DNA of 64,000 bases from Gemmatimonadota bacterium (GTDB lineage: Bacteria; Gemmatimonadota; Gemmatimonadetes; Palauibacterales; Palauibacteraceae): NCBI GenBank assembly GCA_046758745.1, contig JBHIAV010000002.1, positions 32,001 through 96,000 of the forward strand. Reading direction: 5' to 3'. The notes under the pieces are model-generated. The model ran no database searches, was not told the origin of the DNA, and saw only the letters and a program-made list of their open reading frames with translations. Positions within the stretch are counted from its first letter, which is position 1; each line of letters starts with the position of its first letter. The position numbers and the translations under genes are program-made. Positions 27,859-37,929 of this stretch are shown here, piece by piece.

Positions 27859-28107
27859 CCGTGTGGAAATCGTCGTCTGCTATTCCGGCAGACACGTCCG
27901 TGGAGCGGGTGGCCGACCTGTGGCGTCTGGACAACGGGACTCTGTGTCTCCCGAAGAGCGCCTTTCGCACCGAACCGGGCCCCTGAACCGGCCCCTGGGG
28001 GGCCCCTGGCACTCGCCCTCTCACGGGGCGGCGTGTAAGATGTGCACGGCAGAGGCGGCCGGTGCTAGCGCGCGGAGCGGTCGACGAACCTATCGGGATC
28101 AAGGGAG

Positions 28108-28407
28108 ATGGGTGGGTCTGCACTTCTCAAGAAACTGCTGTGGCGCCTCGACGGTGCCGCCGACAGCGCCAAGGTCGAATTCATCAGCGAGGCCGGCAAC
28201 CGATGGGAGGCTGAGTTGTCGCTTCACTCCGGTACCGATCCCCAGTCCCCCCGCCTCATGATACTGTTCCGGAACCGGTCCGCCCCGCACACATCGCAGC
28301 GCTACAATCTCGCGCCGATCGGGGTGTCCAAGGTCCCCCGTGAGGCGGCGAAACAGCTCAGTGAGGCGGAGCTTCGGGAGCTCCTCGCAACCTCCGTGGA
28401 GCTGTAG
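28108..28407 (+). CDS. Small hypothetical protein
   Basis: SD AGGGAG, natural composition, operon with tdk; ends [16 protein letters not shown]. Confidence 0.7.
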   Translation: MGGSALLKKLLWRLDGAADSAKVEFISEAGNRWEAELSLHSGTDPQSPRLMILFRNRSAPHTSQRYNLAPIGVSKVPREAAKQLSEAELRELLATSVEL

Positions 28408-28415
28408 GAAGCCCG

Positions 28416-28652
28416 GTGGCCCGGACGATCTACGATGACGGCCTCCTCAAGTGGGAGGTGTACGTCAGCGGCGGGCAGCCGAACTCGAAGGTGGCCGCCC
28501 GAATCTTCTTTCTCTGCCTCGACGCTCCGATGACGCCCGCCCGCTGTGTGCTACGGGAAGACGGCGACGTCGCCGCCGCCCAGCGAGCCATCATGGAAAT
28601 GAGCGACGATGATCTCAGAGAGCTGCTCGCAACGAGCGTCGAAGTCGGCTGA
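28416..28652 (+). CDS. Small hypothetical protein, probable paralogue of the upstream gene
   Basis: Ends [17 protein letters not shown]; tight spacing with both neighbours. Confidence 0.7.
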   Translation: MARTIYDDGLLKWEVYVSGGQPNSKVAARIFFLCLDAPMTPARCVLREDGDVAAAQRAIMEMSDDDLRELLATSVEVG

Positions 28653-28657
28653 CGAGC

Positions 28658-29281
28658 ATGCCAGGGGACGGCCGCGAAGGCTGGATCGAGGTCATCACGG
28701 GCGTGATGTTCAGCGGAAAGTCCGAGGAGCTCCTCCGTCGAGTCCGCCGCGCCCTCATTGCGCGAAAGACCGTCCAGGTCTTCAAGTCCCATCTAGACGA
28801 CCGATACAGCGGAATCCAGACGATCAGCTCGCACGATGGGCGGACGATCGAAGCCGTGCCGACTTCCCACTCCCGCGACGTGGCGGAGCGAGTGAGTGAC
28901 GATACGCAGGTCGTCGCCATCGACGAGGTCCAGTTCCTCGACCCCGGCATCGTGACGGTCGTGAACAAGCTGGCGGACGAGGGAAGACGGGTAATCGTCT
29001 CTGGAACGGACATGGATTTCCGGGGGCTTCCCTTTGGGCCGGTCGGCGATCTGCTTGCCGTGGCCGAGCGGATCGACAAGCTGCACGCCATCTGCGTCGT
29101 GTGCGGGGAGCTCGCGACTCGCAACCAGCGCCTGATCGACGGGCGGCCCGCACCCGCCGAGGGGCCGACGATCCAGGTCGGGGGCGCGGAGTCGTACGAG
29201 GCCCGCTGTCGACGATGTCACGAGGTGCCGTCGGCCCTCGATGCTCAGATCCGACTCGTCGTGGAGGAGCAAGCTCCCTGA
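28658..29281 (+). CDS. tdk: Thymidine kinase
   Basis: [28 protein letters not shown], Zn motifs CVVCG and YEARCRRC. Confidence 0.97.
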   Translation: MPGDGREGWIEVITGVMFSGKSEELLRRVRRALIARKTVQVFKSHLDDRYSGIQTISSHDGRTIEAVPTSHSRDVAERVSDDTQVVAIDEVQFLDPGIVTVVNKLADEGRRVIVSGTDMDFRGLPFGPVGDLLAVAERIDKLHAICVVCGELATRNQRLIDGRPAPAEGPTIQVGGAESYEARCRRCHEVPSALDAQIRLVVEEQAP

Positions 29282-29302
29282 GACGTCCGGGACGACGGTC
29301 CA

Positions 29303-30460
29303 CTACAGCGGGAAAGCGTGCACCGCCGTCGCCTTGATGGAGATGAAGACCCTGGTCCCGGGAGCGAGCCCGAGTTCCCTGCCGGCGGCTCGCGTGACCA
29401 CGGCGATCACTTCCGGCGGACCGTCCATCCGGACTCGCAGCAGGCCCCCGGCCTCGCGTACGTCGGCGACTACAGCGGCGAAGCGGTTTCGCGCGCTGCT
29501 CAGTCGAGCCGGCTGCTTCGACAAGAGGAGATCCTCTGGCCGGTAGGCGAGCTTCACGGCCGCTCCGCGGGTGGCGTTCCCGATCGCCCGGATCAGGACT
29601 CCGTCCACATCCACCTGCAACAGGCCGCCCTCTTCTCCCGCTACCGTACCCCGCAGCGACAGCTCGGCGCCCGTGGTCTCGGCGATGAAGGGATCGCGTG
29701 GGTCTTCGAAAAGCTCAGCCGGGGTGCCGACCTGGACAACCCGCCCCTCGCGGAGCACCGTCACCCGGTCGGCCAGATAGAACGCCTCGTTTCGATCGTG
29801 CGTCGCGAGGAGTGTGGCACGCCCCCGGCTTCGTGCAGCTCGCTCCAGATCCTCGCGCAGGAGGAGGCGAACCTCGGCGTCCAGGTTGGCCGTCGGCTCG
29901 TCGAGGAAGAGGACGTCGGGGTCGAGCGCGAGGGCCCGGGCGATCGCCACGCGCTGCATCTCGCCACCGGAGAGCGACCGGGCGTCGGCGTCGAGGAGAT
30001 GCTCGATGCCGAGCTGCCGCGCCGCTTCCTCGGCGCACATCCTCCGCTCGGCCGCCCTGGTGCGCCCGAGCCGAAGGCCGAGCTCCACGTTCCAGCCCAC
30101 GGACCCCGCCCACACATGCGGCCTCTGAAAGACGGCGGCGGAGGAGCGCCGGAGCGCCGCCTCGGCTCCGGCACCTGCCTCGCCCCGATAGCGCACGCTC
30201 CCCGACGCCGGGGACTCCAGCATCGCCAGGACCCGAAGGAGAGTCGATTTCCCGGCTCCGTTCGGTCCCAGCACGGCTAGGATCTCCCCCTCTCTCAGCC
30301 CGATCCGCTCGATGGCGAGCACCGGCCGGTCGCCGTAGCGCACCTCGATTCCCTCGCCCACGATGACCTCGTTCCAGGCGTCGTGGCGCGCGCGCGCGGA
30401 CGTCTCGCCGCGCAGTCGGCTGTAGAGCCGCGAAGGGTCGGCGGTGCGTGCGTCGGCCAT
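29303..30460 (-). CDS. tupC: Tungstate ABC transporter ATPase with TOBE domain
   Basis: GPNGAGKST, LSGGEMQRVAIARAL, LDEPT, C-terminal TOBE (IKATAVH). Confidence 0.8.
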   Translation of the reverse strand: MADARTADPSRLYSRLRGETSARARHDAWNEVIVGEGIEVRYGDRPVLAIERIGLREGEILAVLGPNGAGKSTLLRVLAMLESPASGSVRYRGEAGAGAEAALRRSSAAVFQRPHVWAGSVGWNVELGLRLGRTRAAERRMCAEEAARQLGIEHLLDADARSLSGGEMQRVAIARALALDPDVLFLDEPTANLDAEVRLLLREDLERAARSRGRATLLATHDRNEAFYLADRVTVLREGRVVQVGTPAELFEDPRDPFIAETTGAELSLRGTVAGEEGGLLQVDVDGVLIRAIGNATRGAAVKLAYRPEDLLLSKQPARLSSARNRFAAVVADVREAGGLLRVRMDGPPEVIAVVTRAAGRELGLAPGTRVFISIKATAVHAFPL

Positions 30461-31158
30461 CACGCGAGAAGCGGTCTCCGCAGCGTTCCGCGTCCGAGCA
30501 TGATGAGCACCAGGTTCACGCCGAACGCGATGAAGAGTAGGATGAAGCCGAGCGCGATCGCGACGCCGAAGTTCCCGCGCCGCGTCTCCAGCACGATCGT
30601 CGTGGTCATCACGCGGGTCTCGCCGAGGATATTGCCGCCGACGATCATGACTGCTCCCACCTCGCTGATGATCGCCCCGAAGCCGGCTGCCACGGCGGCG
30701 ACCATGGACCCCCTCACCTCCCGTAGGTGAAGCCACATGGCCTGCCAGCGCGTCGCGCCCAGGCTCCGCGCCTGGAGCCGCACGTCGGCGGGGACGCTCT
30801 CGACCGCGGCGAGGGTCACGGCCGCGATGTACGGACCCGCCAGGACCACCTGAGCGAGGACCATCGCGGTGGGTGAGTACAGGAGACCCAGGGGACCGAG
30901 CGGGCCGGCGCGGGAGAGGAGGAGGTACACGCCGAGACCTACCACGACGGGAGGAAGAGCCAGCCCCGTGTTCACCAGCGCCACGGCGGAGGTGCGGAGC
31001 CGGAAGCGGCCGAGCGCGACGGCGATCCCGATCGGAAGACCGATCAGCGTCGCGAGGAGGAGCGCCGTGCCCGAGATGGCTAGAGATCGGAGGACCACTT
31101 CGGCGACGTAGAGGTCCCCCGAAACGAGAAGATCCCACGCATCGCCGAAGGGGTTCAT
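30460..31158 (-). CDS. tupB: Tungstate ABC transporter permease
   Basis: NTGLALPPVVVGL, LSRAGPLG, FGAIISEVGAVMIVGGNI...TRVMTT.IVLETRRG. Confidence 0.9.
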   Translation of the reverse strand: MNPFGDAWDLLVSGDLYVAEVVLRSLAISGTALLLATLIGLPIGIAVALGRFRLRTSAVALVNTGLALPPVVVGLGVYLLLSRAGPLGPLGLLYSPTAMVLAQVVLAGPYIAAVTLAAVESVPADVRLQARSLGATRWQAMWLHLREVRGSMVAAVAAGFGAIISEVGAVMIVGGNILGETRVMTTTIVLETRRGNFGVAIALGFILLFIAFGVNLVLIMLGRGTLRRPLLA

Positions 31159-32003
31159 CGGGGCGTACGGCCCGGGGTACGCGGCAGCGGCGAAAAAAGT
31201 CCCACGCCGAACCGCTCCCGCCCGAAGGCGTCGATGCGCCGGATGCCCTCCGGCGAAGTGAGCCAGCGAGCGAAGGCGTGTGCCCCGTCGGCGTTCCCAG
31301 CGTCGCTCACCTCGATCACCGAATAGAAGTTCCGCAGGAGGGAGTCCCCCTCGACGAGGACCTCGAGGTCGAGCGACCGTCCCATGCCCACGAGCGTCGC
31401 GCGGTCGGTGAGCAGGTAGGCCCTCCGCTCGCTCGCCACCTGAAGGGTTGCGCCCATGCCCTGGCCGATCTCGCGGTACCAGGATCCCGACGGCTCCACT
31501 CCGGCGGCCTCCCACAGCTCGCGCTCCCGGAGGTGTGTCCCGGAGCCGTCCCCGCGCGAGACGAACAGCGTCTCGAGTCGGGCGATGGTGCGGAGCGCCG
31601 CCGCCGCGGATTCAGCGCCGCGGGCTCCTGCTGGATCCTCCGCCGGCCCGGCTATGACGAAGTCGTTGCGCATGAACGGAGTCCGGTCATGCCCGTAGCC
31701 GGCCTCGACGAATTCGCGCTCGGCCGCGGGCGCGTGTACCACCAGCACGTCGACGTCGCCCCGGCGGCCGAGAGCCAGGGCCTCCCCCGAACCGACGGCG
31801 ATCACCTTCACGGAGAGCTCCGGCTGGGCGGCCTCGAACGCGGGGATCAGCTCGTCGAACAGTCCGGAGTCGTGGACCGAGGTCGTGGCTCCGACGAGCA
31901 GGGGCCGAGGGCCGCCGCCGCACCCCACCGATGCGAGCGAGAGGAGCCCGAGGAGGAGCGGAGCGCAACGAGCTCGCGGCGGACCACGCCGCTTGCGCCT
32001 CAC
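31155..32003 (-). CDS. tupA: Tungstate ABC transporter substrate-binding lipoprotein
   Basis: ATTSVHDSGL, DVLVVHAP, NDFVIAGP, FVSRGDGSGTH, GQGMG, TDRAT; lipobox SVGC. Confidence 0.88.
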   Translation of the reverse strand: MRRKRRGPPRARCAPLLLGLLSLASVGCGGGPRPLLVGATTSVHDSGLFDELIPAFEAAQPELSVKVIAVGSGEALALGRRGDVDVLVVHAPAAEREFVEAGYGHDRTPFMRNDFVIAGPAEDPAGARGAESAAAALRTIARLETLFVSRGDGSGTHLRERELWEAAGVEPSGSWYREIGQGMGATLQVASERRAYLLTDRATLVGMGRSLDLEVLVEGDSLLRNFYSVIEVSDAGNADGAHAFARWLTSPEGIRRIDAFGRERFGVGLFSPLPRTPGRTPR

Positions 32004-33262
32004 CCGTACCGGATCCAGCGAACCAGCTCCGGAACGTTGGGCCGCTTCCCTTTCATCAGGATCCCGACTCGGTATATGCGACCGGCGAGCCACGCCGCCC
32101 CGAAGACGGAGGCGATGAGCAGAGCCACGGAGGCGGCTACCTGCCGCGCGTCGACGTTCCCGACCGTGAGGCGCACCAGCATGAGGATCGGGCTGAAGAA
32201 CGGAACGAGCGACACCGTGACGGCCCAGGCAGCGTCGGGGTTGTCGATCACGCCCGGGAGGATCATCACCGGGATCACCAGGGGGATGACGAACGGGAGC
32301 ATGACCTGTTGGATGTCCTGTTCGCTCCCGAGCATCGCGCCGGCCGCGGCGAAGAGACCCGCGTACAACAGGTAGCCGAGGACGAAGTAGACGAGGGCCA
32401 TGACGGCCAGCCCAATGGGGAAGCGGAAACCGGCGAGGTCGATGCCGAGCCTGGCCAGGGCGGGACCTGCACCCGCCAGGGCGTACAGGGCGAAGGCGGC
32501 GAGCATGAGGGCCCAGATCGCCACCTGGGTGAGCCCGACGCCGCCCACCCCCACGATCTTCCCAAGCATCATCTCCCGCGGCCGGACGCTCGACACCATG
32601 ATCTCGACGATGTCCGAGGTCTTCTCCTCCTGCACCCCCCGGGTGATCATCTGGCCGTAAACCAGGAACATCATATACAGGATCATCGCCATGGTGAAGC
32701 CGAGCACCTGGTAGGCTTCCTCCGACCCACCGCGTCCCTCGCGCAGGTCCTGCACCTCCAGTTCCGCGCCCCTCAGCAGCTCCTCGACGTCCACCGATGT
32801 GACACCCCGCGCCGAAAGCTCCGAGATGAGAATCGCCTCGTGAACGGCCGTTTCCAACCGGCTCCGGGCCGACATTCCGAGACTTCCGAGGGTGAAGATG
32901 GTGACCGCGTGCGACTCGAGCACGTCGGGAGGCACGAGCAGATAGAGATCGAAGTCCTCGGCCTCAAGGTGCGCCGCCAACTCCCGGTTCGACAGATCCC
33001 GACCGGCCGGGAGCGGGATCCCATCCATCTGCTGTGTATGGAGGGTCTCCGCGAGGCGCAGCGCCGCGCGTCCCTCCGCGTGGTCGAGGATCCCGACACG
33101 GAGGATGTCGCCGCCTTCCTCGTCCTCAAGGAGCAGGGCGGGCAGGAGAATCGCTCCGCCCATGAGGAGCGGGACGAAGATCGTGGTGAAGAGGAACCAG
33201 CGGCTGCGGACGCGCTGCACGTATTCTCGGCGGATGATCGCGCGTGCTCGACGATTCAGCAT
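32000..33262 (-). CDS. ABC-2/NatB-like exporter permease
   Basis: IIRREYVQRVRSRWF, VQEEKTSDIVEIMVSSV, MLGKIVG, PFFSPILM, YRVGILMKGK. Confidence 0.9.
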   Translation of the reverse strand: MLNRRARAIIRREYVQRVRSRWFLFTTIFVPLLMGGAILLPALLLEDEEGGDILRVGILDHAEGRAALRLAETLHTQQMDGIPLPAGRDLSNRELAAHLEAEDFDLYLLVPPDVLESHAVTIFTLGSLGMSARSRLETAVHEAILISELSARGVTSVDVEELLRGAELEVQDLREGRGGSEEAYQVLGFTMAMILYMMFLVYGQMITRGVQEEKTSDIVEIMVSSVRPREMMLGKIVGVGGVGLTQVAIWALMLAAFALYALAGAGPALARLGIDLAGFRFPIGLAVMALVYFVLGYLLYAGLFAAAGAMLGSEQDIQQVMLPFVIPLVIPVMILPGVIDNPDAAWAVTVSLVPFFSPILMLVRLTVGNVDARQVAASVALLIASVFGAAWLAGRIYRVGILMKGKRPNVPELVRWIRYG

Positions 33263-34200
33263 CGGGTGCCGTCCTCGGCCGCAGTGCTGCACGCCGTCCG
33301 CCGTCCGGCCCGCTCGAGGAAGATCTCGCGGAGGGAGGGTTCGATGAGCTCGAAGCGCGAGATCCTGACGCCCGCTTCCACCGCGCGCCGCAGGAGCTCC
33401 TGGTGGTCGGTCCCGTCGCGCAGGCGGACCTCCACGTATCGTCCCTGGTCGCTAACGCTCTGCACCAGATCCGGGGCGGAGAGGAAGCCACCATCACCGT
33501 CAAAGGAGATCGCCACGTCCCGGCGGCCGGCGGCGGACCTCACCTCGGCCACCGTTCCGTCAAGCACCTTGCGCGCGCCGGCGATCATACACACGCGTTC
33601 GCACAGGCGCTCGGCGTCCTCGATCATGTGGGTCGAGAAGAGCACCGTGGCCCCTTCTCGCTTCCGTTCGAGGACGATCTGCTTGAGGAGGTCGACGTTG
33701 ATCGGGTCGAGCCCGGCGAACGGCTCGTCCAGGATGAGCAGATCGGGGCGGTGGAGGATCGTCGCGATGAACTGAACCTTCTGCTGCATCCCCTTGGAGA
33801 GGCTTTCGACTCGATCGTCGGCCCGGGCGCCGAGCTCCAGCCGATCCAGCCACCGCCGGGCCTCCCGCATGGCGTCTGCGTGGCGGAGACCCTTGAGCTC
33901 CCCGAAGAACGCCAGGTGCTCCGCCACACGCATCTTCTGGTACAGCCCCCGCTCCTCCGGCAGGTAGCCGATCCGGGAGCGGATGTGGTCGTCCACCCGC
34001 CTCCCGAGCACTTCGACCGAGCCACTGTCCGGCCCGACGATGTCCAGGATGATGCGCAGGGTTGTGGTCTTGCCGGCCCCGTTGGGTCCCAGCAGGCCGC
34101 AGATCGTGCCCGCGGGGACCACCAGGTCCAGGTCGCGAACCGCTTCGGTGTTCCCGAAGGTCTTGGTGATTCCGTCGAGCCGGATCGCCGCGTCGCTCAC
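33256..34200 (-). CDS. ABC exporter ATP-binding protein (NatA/YhaQ-like)
   Basis: GPNGAGKTT, GYLPEERGLY, LSKGMQQKVQF, LDEPFAGLDP, EPSLREIF. Confidence 0.93.
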   Translation of the reverse strand: MSDAAIRLDGITKTFGNTEAVRDLDLVVPAGTICGLLGPNGAGKTTTLRIILDIVGPDSGSVEVLGRRVDDHIRSRIGYLPEERGLYQKMRVAEHLAFFGELKGLRHADAMREARRWLDRLELGARADDRVESLSKGMQQKVQFIATILHRPDLLILDEPFAGLDPINVDLLKQIVLERKREGATVLFSTHMIEDAERLCERVCMIAGARKVLDGTVAEVRSAAGRRDVAISFDGDGGFLSAPDLVQSVSDQGRYVEVRLRDGTDHQELLRRAVEAGVRISRFELIEPSLREIFLERAGRRTACSTAAEDGTRC

Positions 34201-34458
34201 GCCGGCATGATCAGCCGCGGACGGGGGCGCCGCAAGCCGACCCAAGCCCCCGCAGAGGCCGGAGCCGAAAAAAACCCGAAGATTGCTCCCATGCCCGGCG
34301 ACGAGGGCGGATTCGGGACCCGCGGCGTGGCTTCTGACCGGGCGGAAGTTGTGGTATATTACCCGCTCACCACCTCACACCTTGAGCCCGGAGGCCCGGC
34401 CGGAGGGCCACCGAGCCGCGGACTGTCTTGTCAGCCGCCATCTCCGGGAGGATCGAGC

Positions 34459-34641
34459 ATGGGCATCTACCGAGTCCTCTACTATTCCACCGTCACGGTT
34501 GGCAGCGGAGGGAGAATCACCATCCCGCAGGAGATGCGCGAGGATCTCGACTTGGAGGACGGAGACACGCTCACGGCCCGGCTGGAGGAGAGCGAGACGG
34601 GGCAGCGTCAGGTCACCCTGTGGAAGCAGGAGCAGGAGTAG
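34459..34641 (+). CDS. AbrB/SpoVT-family small DNA-binding protein
   Basis: TVGSGGRITIPQEMREDLDLEDGD; SD GGAGG; extended -10 TGGTATATT at 34352-34360. Confidence 0.85.
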   Translation: MGIYRVLYYSTVTVGSGGRITIPQEMREDLDLEDGDTLTARLEESETGQRQVTLWKQEQE

Positions 34642-34786
34642 GACGAGCCGGGCGGGGACCGGCAGTGGGCCTTTTTCTCGCCCTCTGCGCGATGCCGCGG
34701 CAGCCCTTTGGCCCCACGGTGGTGCCGAAATCGCAAGGAGCGGAGGGTGAGGCGACGGGAGCACGAACGCGACCTTGATGAGGCGG

Positions 34787-35554
34787 CTATCCCTCCCGGT
34801 CGCCGAAGTTGATCGCCATCGTCCCGAATAGGAAGTCGACGTAGCCGCACCTCACGAACCCCGCCCGCTGCATCATCGCCGCCACGCCCTCCTGAGCCGG
34901 ATACCGCTTCAGAGACTCGGGGATGTAGAGATATGACTCCGCGTCACGGTGCAGCAGCCAGCCAGCCGTCGCGGTGCAAAGGCTCAGGTAGCGCAGGTAA
35001 AGCCTGTGCAAGAAGGGCGGATCGGCCCGACCGAAGTCGAGGCTGACGAGCCGCCCTCCCGGTCGCAGGCAGCGGCGGATTTCGGCCAGGCAGCGGTCCA
35101 GCTCGGAGAAGTTGCGCAGGCCGTACCCGATCAGCACGCGGTCCACGCTGCCGTCTCGGAAAGGGAGATCGATCGCATCGCACTGCAGCCAGCGGACGCT
35201 TTGGGCACCGGACCTTCTCCTGCCCTTGTGGAGCATCGCGGCGGTCAGATCTCCGGCGATGACGCAGTGTGGCGGCCGTGAGCCCCGGGCGGCCCGCAGG
35301 GCCAGGTCGCCCGTTCCGGCCGCCAGGTCCAGCACCACGTCGTCGGACCGGATCCCGGCCAACTCCACCACCGCCTTCTTCCATCGCCGATGTAGCCCGA
35401 GCGACATCGCATCGTTGGTCAGGTCGTACCGGCGGGCTACCCGGGTGAAGAGCGCTCGCACGTAGCGGCGCTTGTCCCCCGGGTCCGCGATCTGACTGCC
35501 AATGCGAGCCCGGGCCCTGCGGGACGAGATCCTCTCGAGCGTCGTCCGACTCAA
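34787..35554 (-). CDS. menG: Demethylmenaquinone/ubiquinone methyltransferase
   Basis: RYDLTNDAMSLGLHRRWK, VLDLAAGTGD, GYGLRN, LRPGG, YLYIPESL. Confidence 0.85.
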   Translation of the reverse strand: MSRTTLERISSRRARARIGSQIADPGDKRRYVRALFTRVARRYDLTNDAMSLGLHRRWKKAVVELAGIRSDDVVLDLAAGTGDLALRAARGSRPPHCVIAGDLTAAMLHKGRRRSGAQSVRWLQCDAIDLPFRDGSVDRVLIGYGLRNFSELDRCLAEIRRCLRPGGRLVSLDFGRADPPFLHRLYLRYLSLCTATAGWLLHRDAESYLYIPESLKRYPAQEGVAAMMQRAGFVRCGYVDFLFGTMAINFGDREG

Positions 35555-35611
35555 ACTACTCCTCGCCCGTGTTCTCGTGGAGCGGCGCCCGTCTACGTCG
35601 GGCAGCCGCGT

Positions 35612-37126
35612 TCATCCGCCCTCCGGCGCGCCCACATCGCCGGCCAGGGCGAGAGCGCGCACGAGAGCCCGCGCCTTGTCCTCCGTCTCCTCCCATTCGC
35701 GCTCCGGCACGGAGTCGTGCACGATGCCGGCTCCGGCCTGGATATACGCCCGATCTCCCACGTTCACGATCGTCCGGATGGCGATGGCCATGTCCATGCT
35801 CTCCCCGCCGAAGCCGACGTATCCGGCCGCCCCTCCGTACGGACCGCGACGGGTGGGCTCCAGCTCGTCGATGATCTCCATCGCACGGACCTTCGGCGCT
35901 CCGGTCAGCGTCCCCGCCGGAAAGGCCGAGCGGAGCGCGTCGAGGGAGGTGAGACCTTCGCGGAGACGGCCGGTCACCTCGCTGACCAGGTGGATGACGT
36001 GGCTGTACTTCTCGATTACCATGAAGTCCGCCAGCCGCACGCTCCCGGCTTCTGCGACTCGCGCCACGTCGTTGCGTCCGAGGTCCACGAGCATGAGGTG
36101 CTCGGCCCGTTCCTTCTCGTCTGCCAGGAGGTTGTTCGCGAGCGTGACATCCTCGGCGGGGGTGGAGCCGCGAGGCCGAGTCCCGGCGATCGGTCGCAGC
36201 GTGACCTCGCGGTCCTCCACGCGCACCAGCACCTCCGGCGAGGAGCCGACGAGCCGCACTTCTTCCAGTTCAAGCAGGTACAGGTAGGGGGAAGGGTTCA
36301 GCGTGCGGAGCGTCCGGTATACCTGGAGGACGGGCGCCGGCATCTGCGCGTCGATCCGCTGGGAGATCACTACCTGAAACGCGTCTCCGGCCCGAATGTA
36401 ATCGCGTACGCGACTCACGGCGTCACGGTAGTTCTCCGCCGAGCGGTTCGATACGAAGGAGACCGCTCGTTCCGAGGCGAGGGACAAGGGACGCAGGCCG
36501 GACGGCTGGTTGAGGCGCTCCAGCCACTCCTGCAGCCTTCGCACCTCGTGTCGGTAAAGACCGTCCAGCGCCACGCCACCGTCGGGGATGGGGACGCCGG
36601 TGACGGCGAGCGCGCGGTCGAACAGGTTGTCGATGATCAGAACGTGGTCCGTCATTAGAAAGCAGGCATCGGGACAGGGCACGTCCCTCGGCGGCGCCGC
36701 CGGGAGCCGCTCGAACCAGCGCACCGTGTCGTAGCCGAAGAAACCGACGGCCCCTCCCCAGAACCGCGGCAGCCCCGGCCAGGTCACGGGTCGGTACCGT
36801 CCGAGCCAGACGCCAAACTCGGCCAGCGGGTCGGTGGTGCGCCCGACCTCGCGCCAACCTCGCGTGGGGCTCCACCGTTCCACCCGGTCATCGGTGAGCC
36901 GCCACGCCTCGCGCGGTTCGGAGCCGACGAAGCTGTAGCGAGCCCAGCGCTCACCGCCGATCACCGATTCGAGAAGAAAAGCGAACGGCCCCTGCCGCAG
37001 CTTGCTGTATGCCGTGACGGCCGTCTCCGTGTCGAAGGGAAACTCGATGCAGACGGGCACGATGTGCCCGGGGCGGGCAAGTGTCCGGAATGTCTCCAGG
37101 TCCGGCGCGGGGTCGCTAGCGATCAT
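35612..37126 (-). CDS. trpE: Anthranilate synthase component I
   Basis: FLLES, ARYSF, NPSPY, GSSPE, RPIAGT, EHLMLVDLGRND, FPAGTLTGAPK, QAGAGIV. Confidence 0.9.
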   Translation of the reverse strand: MIASDPAPDLETFRTLARPGHIVPVCIEFPFDTETAVTAYSKLRQGPFAFLLESVIGGERWARYSFVGSEPREAWRLTDDRVERWSPTRGWREVGRTTDPLAEFGVWLGRYRPVTWPGLPRFWGGAVGFFGYDTVRWFERLPAAPPRDVPCPDACFLMTDHVLIIDNLFDRALAVTGVPIPDGGVALDGLYRHEVRRLQEWLERLNQPSGLRPLSLASERAVSFVSNRSAENYRDAVSRVRDYIRAGDAFQVVISQRIDAQMPAPVLQVYRTLRTLNPSPYLYLLELEEVRLVGSSPEVLVRVEDREVTLRPIAGTRPRGSTPAEDVTLANNLLADEKERAEHLMLVDLGRNDVARVAEAGSVRLADFMVIEKYSHVIHLVSEVTGRLREGLTSLDALRSAFPAGTLTGAPKVRAMEIIDELEPTRRGPYGGAAGYVGFGGESMDMAIAIRTIVNVGDRAYIQAGAGIVHDSVPEREWEETEDKARALVRALALAGDVGAPEGG

Positions 37127-37149
37127 GATCCTCTCGGTCGGGGACTTCG

Positions 37150-37827
37150 TCAGTACAGTCTGACCACCACGCCAACCCCGACGAGAAGATCGGTCTGTGA
37201 GATTTCGTCGTCGCTGATCCCGGCATCGTAGGAGCCGCGCGTGGCCCGAATTCCCGCCCGGAGCCCCCACCGGTCCGCGATGCGGACGAAGACCGAGATG
37301 CGGCCCGAAGCCACCAGATCGGTCGAATCCTCGAGGTCCGGCTCGGCGATCGGATCCACATTGATCCTCCGGAAGCCCAGTCCGAGTCCCCACTCCGGCT
37401 GCACGACCGACGCTTCGCCCCGGTCCCGATATCGGTATCGGACGTCGATCACGCCCGCGAAGTACTCGGCATCGCCGAGCCCGCCAGGGAGGACGAAGCC
37501 CTGCGCGCCGGCGGACTGGTTCACCTCCATCTGGCTGTATGTGCCCTCCGCGCCGAGGCCGAGGCCGGACGGATGCCACAGGATCAACTCGCCTCCGAAC
37601 ATCCCGGTGCTGGCGAGGTTGGTGTCGAACCCGAAGCGGTTCTCGGTCAGGTTGCCGAGCGGAATGATCGCCCCCCCGGCGGCTCCCAGCTGCACGGAGA
37701 CCGGGCGGGAAGGCGGTCGCTCCGGGGCATCCGGTGATTGCGCGGCGGCCAAGCGATCGGCGGACACGGTCAGTCCGAGAGCGGCGAGAAGAACAGCGGG
37801 GCGAACCGGCGATCGACCAAGGAGCAT
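37150..37827 (-). CDS. Outer-membrane beta-barrel protein
   Basis: Signal peptide, alternating amphipathic strands, C-terminal GVGVVVRLY. Confidence 0.65.
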   Translation of the reverse strand: MLLGRSPVRPAVLLAALGLTVSADRLAAAQSPDAPERPPSRPVSVQLGAAGGAIIPLGNLTENRFGFDTNLASTGMFGGELILWHPSGLGLGAEGTYSQMEVNQSAGAQGFVLPGGLGDAEYFAGVIDVRYRYRDRGEASVVQPEWGLGLGFRRINVDPIAEPDLEDSTDLVASGRISVFVRIADRWGLRAGIRATRGSYDAGISDDEISQTDLLVGVGVVVRLY

Positions 37828-37929
37828 TTCCTCAACCCCCCCTCGTTTCCTGTCCCAGGTGTTCCGCCCCGCGCGCCGTGCAGCGGCGGCCCGGCACGGT
37901 TACGGATCCGCACCTCCGCGCCGGATCGT

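Noticed and set aside
34459-34641. Antitoxin of a toxin-antitoxin pair
   Set aside because: No toxin-like ORF (PIN, MazF, Doc) follows; the next gene is convergent menG.
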